From contig CAYTAN010000002.1 in NCBI GenBank assembly GCA_964435605.1, forward strand, positions 1 to 42,645: a DNA stretch of 42,645 bases, written 5' to 3'. Positions 1 through 8,337 of the stretch are shown here, piece after piece. Both the position numbers and the translations under genes were made by a program. Source of the stretch: an uncultured Dehalococcoidia bacterium (GTDB lineage Bacteria; Chloroflexota; Dehalococcoidia; Lucifugimonadales; UBA826). A model generated the notes under the pieces. It searched no databases and was not told the origin of the DNA. It worked only from the letters and a program-made list of their open reading frames with translations. Position 1 is the first letter of the stretch, and every line of letters begins with the position of its first letter.

Positions 1-743
1 AGTCAGTAGAGGGAATAGAAGATATTGCAATGACAACCAATGCATATCTACTGGATGGAATGGCTGAAAAATTGAAACGTGCGGGCCTCCATCGAGTGAC
101 TATAAGCTTGGATTCATTGGACGATGAAGTATTTCAACAAATGAACGGTAGAGGATTTAGTACTGCAAAAGTTCTAAAAGGAATTTCTGCAGCCAAGGAA
201 GCAGGGTTTGAGGTTATCAAAATCAATGCCGTGGTTCAGAAAGGGGTTAATGAACATACACTGCTCGAACTTGTGGAGTGGTGTAGGAGGAATGATATCG
301 TGCCAAGGTTTATTGAATACATGGATGTTGGTACTTTGAATGGTTGGAAACTGGATGAAGTTTTCTCTGCAGCCGAAATAGTTGGTTTGATAAATAGTCA
401 ATATCCTGTTGAAGCAGTTGACCCAAACTATCCTGGAGAAGTTGCGAAACGATATCGATTTAAAGACGGAAATGGTGAGTTCGGGGTGATATCTTCGGTT
501 AGCCAACCTTTTTGTGGTGATTGTACTCGAGCCCGCTTATCTCCGGAAGGGCAGTTTGTCACATGTTTGTTTGCTGAGTCAGGTAAAGACTTAAGGGAAT
601 TGTTAAGACATGGGGTCAGCGATAGAGAACTTTCAGAAGAAATGGCTAATGTTTGGGCCGTTAGGGACGATAAATACTCTGAGGATCGTAGTTCAATGAC
701 TGTTCCACGAAAGAAAGTGGAAATGTATCACATTGGGGGTTGA
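1..743 (+). CDS. moaA: GTP 3',8-cyclase MoaA, C-terminal part (5' end upstream of window; frame opens at nt 3)
   Basis: Frame is open from nt 3 (SVEGIEDIAMTTNAYLL...). Motifs TTNAYLL, RVTISLDSL, IKINAVV and RFIEYMDVG are present. The C-terminal auxiliary Fe-S motif C-x2-C-x13-C is seen in FCGDCTRARLSPEGQFVTC. A MoaC-domain gene follows 6 nt later. Confidence 0.9.
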   Translation, partial: SVEGIEDIAMTTNAYLLDGMAEKLKRAGLHRVTISLDSLDDEVFQQMNGRGFSTAKVLKGISAAKEAGFEVIKINAVVQKGVNEHTLLELVEWCRRNDIVPRFIEYMDVGTLNGWKLDEVFSAAEIVGLINSQYPVEAVDPNYPGEVAKRYRFKDGNGEFGVISSVSQPFCGDCTRARLSPEGQFVTCLFAESGKDLRELLRHGVSDRELSEEMANVWAVRDDKYSEDRSSMTVPRKKVEMYHIGG

Positions 744-749
744 GGTTAG

Positions 750-1664
750 TTGGCTAGACATCTGAGGATTTACACGGATGGAGCTTGTTTAGGGAATCCC
801 GGACCTGGAGGCTGGGGAGCGGTGATTCTTGACGCAGATAAAAAAAGAGTCTTGCATGGAAACGAGCCCCAAACAACTAATAACCGAATGGAAATTTACG
901 CTGTTATTCGTGGATTGCAGGATGTGCCAAAGGGTCTTCCTGTAACGATCTATTCAGATTCGACTTATGTCATCAACACGATGACCAAAGGTTGGAAACG
1001 GAATAAGAACAACGATCTATGGGACATTCTTGATTCAGAAGTGAACGAAAGGATGGTTAGTTGGAAATGGGTTAAAGGTCACGCTGGAGATCCATTGAAT
1101 GAAGAAGCAGACAGATTAGCTCATGGAGAAGCGACTGGCACTTTAGCAAAAGGTAAATCAATGGAATCAAGTAAAAAAAAAGATGCAGCCCTAACGCATA
1201 TTGATAATACGGGATCGGCTCAAATGGTCGATGTGGGAGATAAACCGGAAACGAAAAGGATTGCCGTTGCAAAAAGTCTTGTCCAGATGCAGACAAAGAC
1301 TTTGGAGCTGATTACCGCTAATGAGTTTGAGAAAGGGGATGTATTAGCTGTGTCGAGAGTGGCTGGGATAATGGCGGCAAAGGAAACGTCACGCTTAATT
1401 CCTCTCTGTCACCCATTGCCATTAACTAAGGTGTCTGTAGAGTTTGAACTTAATAAAGACGCTTCTGAAATATTGATAACCAGCACAGCTCAAATAACAG
1501 GTAAAACGGGCGTAGAAATGGAGGCTCTTACTGCAGCGTCTGTTTCCGCTTTGACAATCTACGATATGTGTAAAGCAGTCGATAGAGGAATGAGCTTCTC
1601 AGTATGGCTAGAAAAAAAGTCTGGTGGGCAGTCTGGCGATGTTTCTTTTGAGGGGCCTGTCTGA
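750..1664 (+). CDS. RNase HI domain (aa 1-125) fused to cyclic pyranopterin monophosphate synthase MoaC (aa ~148-304)
   Basis: TTG start sits directly after an in-frame TAG. RNase HI motifs: [45 protein letters not shown]. MoaC motifs: [41 protein letters not shown]. There is no stop between the domains. Confidence 0.85.
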   Translation: MARHLRIYTDGACLGNPGPGGWGAVILDADKKRVLHGNEPQTTNNRMEIYAVIRGLQDVPKGLPVTIYSDSTYVINTMTKGWKRNKNNDLWDILDSEVNERMVSWKWVKGHAGDPLNEEADRLAHGEATGTLAKGKSMESSKKKDAALTHIDNTGSAQMVDVGDKPETKRIAVAKSLVQMQTKTLELITANEFEKGDVLAVSRVAGIMAAKETSRLIPLCHPLPLTKVSVEFELNKDASEILITSTAQITGKTGVEMEALTAASVSALTIYDMCKAVDRGMSFSVWLEKKSGGQSGDVSFEGPV

Positions 1665-1816
1665 CGAATGTGCTTGTGTGGCCCTAATTAATTGCGGACC
1701 ACTTCTCCTTAATTGGTGAGAATATTCGGTTTGATTTTTACTTGGCATTTAAAGTCTTGATATATTAGACCAAATGTTAAATCGAGTCGTTTTGAGCCTA
1801 ACTATCGGGGGTAAAA

Positions 1817-3028
1817 ATGAGGATCACCGACATAAAAACTTTTATTGTTGATGCGGGCTGGAGACCATGGATGTTCGTTAAGGTGGAAACGGATGAAGGT
1901 CTAATTGGTTGGGGTGAGTGCAGTGACGGAAAATCTCCACATGGTATCGAGGGGGTAATAAGGGATTTAAAACCCTTACTTCTTGGTAAAGATCCCTTAG
2001 CTTTTGAAATGAGATTTTATGAGCTGTTCATAAATCTTAGGCCTAGCAAAGGTGGAATTGCAGCTAAAGCTATCGCTGGTCTTGACTGTGCTTTTATTGA
2101 TCTGAAGGCGAAATTTTTGGGTATTTCTGTACCTGAACTATTTGGCGGTCCCACTCGAGATAAAGTGAGGGTTTACTGGTCTCACTGTGGCTCGAGTCGT
2201 ATCAGGCACCAGGATATATTAGGGACTCCGCCAATTGAATCCTGGGATGACGTTTACAATCTTGGTAAAGAAGTTAAACGTCGAGGATTCACGGCTCTCA
2301 AGACTAACGTTTTGTTGCCAGGAGAAAATGCTACTTTTGGGGGAGGTTCGTTTGGTGGAGCGGGAACAACGGACCAAATCGCTCCAAAGTGGTTGATTCC
2401 GCATATTGAAACTTTAATCGGAACATTTAGAGATGCGGTAGGTGATGAAATAGATATAAATCTGGATCTAAATTTCCACTTTAAAACTGAGGCTTGTTTA
2501 AGAATTGCGAAAGTCTTAGAAAAATTTGAGCTTCTTTGGTTGGAAATTGATATGTATGAATTCGAAAGCTTAAAGCAGATAAAAAATTCCACCAGCACGA
2601 AAATATGCACTGGAGAAAATCTGTTTTACATGAGTGATTATCTGCCGTATTTTCAAAATCATGCAGCAGATATATTCATGATAGATGTTCCATGGAATGG
2701 ATTTTCACAGTCCAAAAAGATAGGCGATTTGGCAGAGGTGTTTCAACACAATGTGGCTCCGCACAACTATTACAGCCATATGTCGACTTTTATCAGCGCC
2801 GCACTTTGTGCTTCACTTTCAAATGTGAGAATAATGGAAATAGATATCGATGATATTGAATGGAAAGATGATTTAACCACTGTAAAACCGGAAATAATAG
2901 ATGGATATATGAAGTTACCCACAGGTCCTGGTTGGGGTATTGAGTTGAATGAAGATGTAGCTCTGGAACATCCGTGGGATGAAACTAAGTTAACGACTAT
3001 TACATCAGGGGGCTACAAAGTTATTTAA
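1817..3028 (+). CDS. Enolase-superfamily enzyme (mandelate racemase/galactonate dehydratase-like)
   Basis: N-terminus MRITDIKTFIV..WMFVKVETDEGLIGWGEC is typical of the family. Candidate metal ligands lie in INLDLN, LLWLEID and ICTGENL. SD GGGGG lies upstream of the ATG. Confidence 0.85.
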   Translation: MRITDIKTFIVDAGWRPWMFVKVETDEGLIGWGECSDGKSPHGIEGVIRDLKPLLLGKDPLAFEMRFYELFINLRPSKGGIAAKAIAGLDCAFIDLKAKFLGISVPELFGGPTRDKVRVYWSHCGSSRIRHQDILGTPPIESWDDVYNLGKEVKRRGFTALKTNVLLPGENATFGGGSFGGAGTTDQIAPKWLIPHIETLIGTFRDAVGDEIDINLDLNFHFKTEACLRIAKVLEKFELLWLEIDMYEFESLKQIKNSTSTKICTGENLFYMSDYLPYFQNHAADIFMIDVPWNGFSQSKKIGDLAEVFQHNVAPHNYYSHMSTFISAALCASLSNVRIMEIDIDDIEWKDDLTTVKPEIIDGYMKLPTGPGWGIELNEDVALEHPWDETKLTTITSGGYKVI

Positions 3029-3117
3029 AACTATGCTTCATTAAGTTTGTAAATTTTATATATATTAGGGGTAAATTAGCCTTAAAAACGGACATATATC
3101 TAAAAAGTTGTCCCCTG

Positions 3118-3126
3118 TGGTAGAAT
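3118..3126 (+). promoter_or_regulatory. Candidate extended -10 promoter element (TGgTAGAAT) for the RRM gene
   Basis: TGGTAGAAT read directly, about 64 nt upstream of the preferred GTG start at 3190. No good -35 element is seen. Confidence 0.35.
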
Positions 3127-3189
3127 TTGACTGTTAATAAAAGTGTGCTGCGCAATAGCGTAGCCGTAAGTGAATCAGGAAGTAGTCGA

Positions 3190-3441
3190 GTGAATATTTA
3201 CGTTGGAAACATCTCATACAACACATCTGAAGACGATCTCAGAGACGCGTTTGGTACGCACGGCGAGGTAACTGCCGTGAGAATCATTACAGATCGCGAT
3301 ACTGGACGGTCCAAAGGATTTGGGTTCGTTGAGATGGCTGAAGATGATGAGGCAAGAGAAGCGATGAAGGCCATGGATGGAAATGATTTCATGGGTCGAG
3401 ATATCAAAGTTAATGAGGCCCGCCCTCGAGAACCGAGATAG
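3190..3441 (+). CDS. RRM-type RNA-binding protein (glycine-tail-less Rbp family)
   Basis: RNP2 NIYVGNISY and RNP1 KGFGFVEM are present. The preferred start is GTG 3190 (VNIYVGN), preceded by AGGAAG 8 nt upstream. The track ORF start at TTG 3127 overlaps the putative promoter and adds 21 residues that do not resemble the family. Confidence 0.85.
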   Translation: MNIYVGNISYNTSEDDLRDAFGTHGEVTAVRIITDRDTGRSKGFGFVEMAEDDEAREAMKAMDGNDFMGRDIKVNEARPREPR

Positions 3442-3541
3442 AGTTAGTTTCTTCCCCAACACAGTTTTAGTTTGTTGCCATTCCGGCAGTTTTTAACTCC
3501 GCAGGATTGATGAATAACTAAACGCACGTAGTAGAATTCAT

Positions 3542-4561
3542 CTAATCTATACGATATGTTTCAGTTGCATTGTCATGGAACATAGCTGCACGCTCTGAAT
3601 TTGAGTAACTTCTCGATAGTTTCTTAAAGGCGTTATACATCACCACATATGAATAAGAGACTTTGTCAACGGGGAAGTTGCTTTCAAACATACATCTGTT
3701 TGGGCCAAATTGTTCGATACAATACTCAATATAAGGGGCCATTTGGCTTGCCAAATCGTCAGAGCTAATTGGAGTGCGTCTACTATGCCAACCAAAGCCT
3801 TGCATTTCCATGCCCATTCCCCCTAGCTTGATGACAATATTTGGACACGCCGCAACAAGGGAGATTCCTTTCTTCCAGATTGGGATAACATCTTCCAAGT
3901 TAGAATAAGGGCCTATTCCGATTAGACCACCTATGTGATTTAGAACAATAGTTAACTTCGGGACGGATTTGGCGAAATCCGCGAGCTCTGGAAGTTGGTG
4001 AAAGAACATCCATCCTTCTAGCGACAAATTCATGTTCGCTAAAATGCGCGCGCCGATTCTAAAGTTATCACTTAGAAGTTGCTCTTTTTCATTTTTTGAG
4101 GAGACGCCGGGGAGATCCCCATGAGGATCCCAGGTGACTCTATGTCGGATTCCTCTAAATCTGTTAGGGCTAGCTTGTTGTAATTTCTCTAGCACCGGTT
4201 TAACTTTGTCACCCAGATTCAGGTTTGCACTTCCAACAATTCCTGCAGCAATTTTCGCGGTTCCATATATTCCGCTCGCGCTTGCTGCGGCGATGCCTTG
4301 CACAAATTCTACCTCTCCCACCGGTTTCAATTCGTCAGGCCCGTCCGCTCTTAACATAGATTCAGCTTCAATAAAAACTGTTGATTTGATGTTGTGACCT
4401 GAATTAATATCCGATAAAAGGTCCTCGATAAGATAGCGCTGATAGGGAATCCTCTCGTACCTTTTGTCCCAAAGGTGATGGTGTGGGTCGCAAATCGGAA
4501 GATCCGGTTCAACGGCCATTTCTGGTGTTAGAGATAACCAGTCATTTCCACCGTAAGGCAT
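3542..4561 (-). CDS. Amidohydrolase-2 family metal-dependent hydrolase (TIM barrel)
   Basis: N-terminal metal motif ICDPHHHLWD, plus later His/Asp motifs (VLNHIGG, ESNFPVD). Length is 339 aa. Confidence 0.8.
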   Translation of the reverse strand: MPYGGNDWLSLTPEMAVEPDLPICDPHHHLWDKRYERIPYQRYLIEDLLSDINSGHNIKSTVFIEAESMLRADGPDELKPVGEVEFVQGIAAASASGIYGTAKIAAGIVGSANLNLGDKVKPVLEKLQQASPNRFRGIRHRVTWDPHGDLPGVSSKNEKEQLLSDNFRIGARILANMNLSLEGWMFFHQLPELADFAKSVPKLTIVLNHIGGLIGIGPYSNLEDVIPIWKKGISLVAACPNIVIKLGGMGMEMQGFGWHSRRTPISSDDLASQMAPYIEYCIEQFGPNRCMFESNFPVDKVSYSYVVMYNAFKKLSRSYSNSERAAMFHDNATETYRID

Positions 4562-4673
4562 CCTATTCTCCTTGTTTTCTCTATTGAAATTTAGAGTATA
4601 GTTCCGACTATATCAGAAGATTCATAAGCTCCAATAATGATTTTGGAAAAGCTAATGCTTTAAACGGAGTTGT

Positions 4674-5003
4674 TTAGTTACCAGGAGGTGAATACAGAAT
4701 GGCTTGCGCCTTTTCCATCGAGCGTTTGGCCTCTTCAGCAGTCATGATACGGCTTATGTTCATTGAATGAACGATTCCTGAGGCACATATTGCCATTACA
4801 AGAGCTTGTATATCAACATCGTTGTCTGGTGCAGTGAACACAATATAAAGCTTCGACTCTCCAACACCTACCCAATAGTGCTCCAAGTCAAAGCCTAAAG
4901 ACTCGAATAATGGTGTGTTACTTGATTTACGATCCTCAGGGTTGTTTATAAAACCTTTGAAAGCCTCTGTTGTGCCATCAATTGTTGCAAGGTAACGGCC
5001 CAT
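4674..5003 (-). CDS. GYD-domain protein
   Basis: 109 aa. MGRYLATIDGTTEAFKGF ... YWVGVGESKLYIVFTAPDN ... ASGIVHS matches the GYD family pattern as I remember it. Confidence 0.65.
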   Translation of the reverse strand: MGRYLATIDGTTEAFKGFINNPEDRKSSNTPLFESLGFDLEHYWVGVGESKLYIVFTAPDNDVDIQALVMAICASGIVHSMNISRIMTAEEAKRSMEKAQAILYSPPGN

Positions 5004-5144
5004 ATTAACTCCTTTTAGTTTAGTTAATGTTAACTTAGTTAAATGTGATAATAACTTAATCTGGTTGCTAATGGTATAAATGATCCATTAATGTTTGAGT
5101 AACGAAAATGGATGCAGTTTAAATTACTGGAGAGGTGTAAAAAT

Positions 5145-5678
5145 ATGGTCTGGATAAAAGAAGATGAGGGTTACGCTGACCTACCTAATGTCATCAAATG
5201 TATGTCAATAAATCCGGAAGTTATGAATGCAGTAATTGAAATGGGACACAAAATTGGGTTCGGGTCTTCCTCTTTATCAAGAGAACAGGAAGAAATCATT
5301 GCGACTGTAGTTTCAGCAATTAATAATTGTGAATATTGAGTTGTTTCTCACGGAGAGTATCTTCGTCAGGCAAGTGGGGACGCTGAATTTGCAGATGCAG
5401 TTATGCATGAATATGGTCTTGCTAATTTTGATGAACAGACGTTAGTAATTGTTGAATATGTAGAAAAACTTACTAAAACTCCCTCTCAAGTTACACGGGA
5501 GGATGTATCTGCGCTAAGGTCTGTTGGGTTGGACGATCAACAAATATTGTCGGTAGTGCTAATTACCTCAATGTATGCTTTTATGAATCGTTTGGCTGAT
5601 GGCCTTGGGGTACAACTAGACAAGGAAAAGAGGGCCTTCGTTGAGAGTTGGTCAAAAAGCCTTTCACCGCCCAATTAG
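5145..5678 (+). CDS. AhpD/carboxymuconolactone-decarboxylase-fold peroxidase-related protein, predicted selenoprotein (TGA 5337-5339 read as Sec in a C-x-x-U motif)
   Basis: Track ORFs 5112-5339 and 5403-5678 share one frame, and the only interruption is TGA 5337-5339. Read-through gives VVSAINNCEY-U-VVSHGEYLRQASGDAEFADAVMHEY..., which matches the family motif N-x-C-x-Y-C-x-x-x-H. The start is placed at ATG 5145 (MVWIKEDEG), with GGAGAGG 9 nt upstream. Confidence 0.75.
5346..5370 (+). promoter_or_regulatory. Candidate bacterial SECIS hairpin
   Basis: Hand fold: lower stem pairs 5346-5348 with 5368-5370, followed by a C/C mismatch. The upper 6-bp stem pairs 5350-5355 with 5361-5366 (A-U, C-G, G-C, G.U, A-U, G-C). 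The apical loop AGUAU (5356-5360) places G-U 20-21 nt after the U of UGA. Confidence 0.4.
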
Positions 5679-5694
5679 TGGTTTCTTGAATAAA

Positions 5695-5889
5695 CTAGAA
5701 TTCAAAGTCTTGGGGATTCACTTTTTGAGATCGTATCCACGAATCTATATCAGATCTGAAGAATCTCCATTGGTGTCCAACTCTATTGGCAGGAATGTCA
5801 CCTGACTTTAGGAGTTTGTAAATAGTCATTCTGTCCAACTGGAGATATTCAGCTAATTCTTTTGTGGTCATCAGATCGTTTGTGGTCAT
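5695..5889 (-). CDS. Excisionase-family/MerR-like helix-turn-helix DNA-binding protein
   Basis: TTKELAEYLQLDRMTIYKLLKSGDIPANRVGHQWRFFRSDIDSWI matches the HTH_17 pattern. The start may instead be the 7th codon (ATG at 5871). Confidence 0.75.
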   Translation of the reverse strand: MTTNDLMTTKELAEYLQLDRMTIYKLLKSGDIPANRVGHQWRFFRSDIDSWIRSQKVNPQDFEF

Positions 5890-6037
5890 ATTCTATATCT
5901 ATCCTTCAAAGTGAATAAACTTAATCATATTAAATCATAAGATACATGTTATGACTAGATTATTTGCAAACTTAAGTTTAAATAGCCAATTTATGCAGGT
6001 AATAGATTCAGAAATATTCCCGAATATTTATATAACT

Positions 6038-7522
6038 TTAACCTGAGTAATTCTTGGTAATCAGAGTGCTGGCTATTCCTGTGGCAGAGATTAGCTGGAG
6101 TGTGCCCATAAGTATAAATACAAATTTCATTCCGCTTATGAAGGCTGTAACTAGGCTGCCAGTATTGCCGGCGTTTAAAACTGCCTCAACGTTTACTTGG
6201 TAACCGCTAGAAATAAGCACTGCCGATACAATCGCAGAGGATAATGCAATACCAGTTACATTGCCTGAGTTCCTTGAAAGGTTAACAAGTGCTGCTATGA
6301 CTCCGTGTTTATCTGAGGGACCAGAAGAGAAAATGGTTGCGCTGTTGGGGGACATAAACATACCTGATCCTGCACTGAAAGTAATTATGCATATGAGAAT
6401 GAACGGTATTGAACTCAGTGCAGACATTGACCCCATCATATATAGGCCAATACTGGCTAAAACTAAACCAGCAAATGTGAAGATTCTTCTGTCGAATTTG
6501 TCCGACAGGATCCCAATAGTGGGACCCAGAATTATCCTACTTATTGCGTTGGGCACGAGCATTACCCCTACTTGAGCAGGATTTAATTTAAGGGCTGCCT
6601 GAAGGTAGAACGGGATTATGAATCTAAAGGATGAGACACCTAGAAACGATAAATAGTTTGCGGTAATACTCAAAGAAAACAGTTTATCTCTAAATAACCG
6701 CAGGTCGAGAAGAGGTGATGTAACCTTCGACTCCCACCATATGAAAAGGGCTACAAGAACAATAAAGAGTATAAATCCTGAAAGAATTTCATAAGATGTC
6801 CAACCGAACTGTGAACCATTTGACAGTGTTAACAGGAATGTTAGTAATGATGCAGTTGAAAGAATTGCTCCCAGCCAATCGTATCGGTTATTTTGCGAAC
6901 CAGTGCCTCTGAATAGAGATGTGTCCAGCACCAATAATGTGGCTACAAAGGCTAATACGCACAAAGGGATGTTGATCCAAAAAACCCATTGCCAGCCAAG
7001 GTAAGTGACTAGTATGCCGCCTAGAATTGGGCCTATGACACCTCCAGTGCCGATAATAGCTCCATGAGCACCAAGGCCTTTTCCTCTTTCTGAATCATCG
7101 AATACAGTCGTGACCATTGCCATGCCTGTCGCCTGAGTCATGGCGGCACCTAATCCTTGCATAACTCTTAATGGAATCATGAACAGCATAATTCTTTGTG
7201 ACCCCAATTGAGACGCTAGGGATGGTGCCGAACCCGCAAGTAATGACATTAATCCGAACAATATTATTCCGGCTAAATACATGGGTTTGCGTCCGATAAT
7301 GTCAGATAGTCTACCCATTGGAAGCAGAAGCACACTTATTGTCAAAGTTTCTGCTAAAACTACCCATTGGATGGTAGTTAATGAAACGCCAAAGTCCTCA
7401 GCGATGGTAGGTAAGGCTATACCAACACTGCCGTGATGGGTGACATTAGTTATTGAGCCAATGGCAACCACTGAAAATACTAACCATTTATAATTTTCTT
7501 TGTATGTTAGTTTAGGAGTCAT
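6038..7522 (-). CDS. MFS transporter, DHA2 (EmrB/QacA-like, 14-TMS) family, copy 1
   Basis: 494 aa and highly hydrophobic. Motifs: GRLSDIIGRKPMY (motif A), QGLGAAM, GPILGGILVTYLGWQWVFWINIP. Confidence 0.85.
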   Translation of the reverse strand: MTPKLTYKENYKWLVFSVVAIGSITNVTHHGSVGIALPTIAEDFGVSLTTIQWVVLAETLTISVLLLPMGRLSDIIGRKPMYLAGIILFGLMSLLAGSAPSLASQLGSQRIMLFMIPLRVMQGLGAAMTQATGMAMVTTVFDDSERGKGLGAHGAIIGTGGVIGPILGGILVTYLGWQWVFWINIPLCVLAFVATLLVLDTSLFRGTGSQNNRYDWLGAILSTASLLTFLLTLSNGSQFGWTSYEILSGFILFIVLVALFIWWESKVTSPLLDLRLFRDKLFSLSITANYLSFLGVSSFRFIIPFYLQAALKLNPAQVGVMLVPNAISRIILGPTIGILSDKFDRRIFTFAGLVLASIGLYMMGSMSALSSIPFILICIITFSAGSGMFMSPNSATIFSSGPSDKHGVIAALVNLSRNSGNVTGIALSSAIVSAVLISSGYQVNVEAVLNAGNTGSLVTAFISGMKFVFILMGTLQLISATGIASTLITKNYSG

Positions 7523-7696
7523 GCCCAGATTTTATGTAGCCAGGGTGTTTAAACGCATTGTATATAAGGGAAAATTCGACAAATAATTTTTTATTTAATT
7601 GGGTCTTTGATAAGTAATTTAGTTTGTTGAGTAATATTCTAAGACTTCATGCATAAGGATAAAATATAGAAACGATCTATGTGAATATGGTGAACT

Positions 7697-8233
7697 ATGG
7701 GTATTAGTCTGTTCGATGCAATGGAATTGATTTCCAAAGAATCATCCCTGATAGGATTAGATTTGTCAGGGCTGGACTTGTCAGGTGTAGATCTATCCAA
7801 TCGAATATTGCGTGGAACCCATTTCAAAGGTACTAATCTATCTTATTCAAATATGTCTGGGTCAGACTGTACTCGGGCTAATTTTCGCGGGGCTAATTTA
7901 TATAATGCGAACCTAACGGAAACTATTTTGTCCAGATCAAATTTAACAATAACCGATATGAGGGCCGTCACTTTAGATTCAGCGGATCTCAGTTGGGCGA
8001 ATCTCAGTGGAGCAGCTTCTAATTCGGGGCAAAGTACAAAAAGAGTAATCGGAGCTAATCTACATGGCGCAAGCGCTCGCAAGGCCAATTTTAAAGGTGC
8101 AATCATGGTTCGAGTAAGACTAAATTATGCGGACTTGACCGGGGCTGTTTTTGATGGTGCCAATATGACTCGTGTGCAGTTGCAGGGTGCTATTTATGAG
8201 GTAGGGACGTTTGACAAAGCTCTTAATGTCTAA
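7697..8233 (+). CDS. Pentapeptide-repeat protein
   Basis: About 150 aa of tandem A(D/N)LxX units: LDLSGLDLSGVDLSNRILRGTHFKGTNLSYSNMSGSDCTRANFRGANLYNANL... Confidence 0.85.
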   Translation: MGISLFDAMELISKESSLIGLDLSGLDLSGVDLSNRILRGTHFKGTNLSYSNMSGSDCTRANFRGANLYNANLTETILSRSNLTITDMRAVTLDSADLSWANLSGAASNSGQSTKRVIGANLHGASARKANFKGAIMVRVRLNYADLTGAVFDGANMTRVQLQGAIYEVGTFDKALNV

Positions 8234-8337
8234 TTTTATTAATGAATCTTTTGTGGGTTCCCAATCTAAATTCTTGTGTTTTAAAAGTAATGTGTGAGAG
8301 AGTGGGGTTACCATGTTAGCAATTAGGCAAAGGATAT

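Noticed and set aside
741-749. Read-through of the moaA TGA to join moaA with the RNase H-MoaC ORF (same frame)
   Set aside because: An in-frame TAG at 747-749 follows two codons later, so the genes are separate.
3442-3541. Intrinsic terminator after the RRM gene (TGCC-ATTCC-GGCA followed by GTTTTT)
   Set aside because: The stem is only 4-5 bp, which is too weak to call with confidence.
5362-5387. Alternative SECIS hairpin (CGUC/GACG stem with an 11-nt loop AGGCAAGUGGG)
   Set aside because: It has only 4 solid base pairs plus a bulged extension, and its loop lies 31-41 nt from the UGA. The 5346-5370 fold is stronger and better positioned.
5112-5678. Treating 5112-5339 and 5403-5678 as two small independent genes, or as a disrupted pseudogene
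   Set aside because: Both pieces share one frame with a single TGA between them. The TGA sits on the conserved redox Cys column, the spacer codons continue the family sequence, and a SECIS-like hairpin follows. Sec recoding explains all of this better. The pseudogene interpretation remains the fallback if no Sec machinery exists in the genome.
5695-5889. Excisionase-family HTH gene as a marker of a prophage or integrative element
   Set aside because: No integrase, recombinase, phage genes or flanking att-like direct repeats were seen. The only tRNA lies 34 kb away. The flanking genes are ordinary chromosomal genes.
7740-8200. Apparent periodicity in the DNA, considered as a possible tandem repeat or CRISPR-like array
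   Set aside because: The periodicity is at protein level (5-aa pentapeptide repeats) with degenerate nucleotides. There are no exact DNA repeats or spacers. No CRISPR array was seen anywhere in the window.
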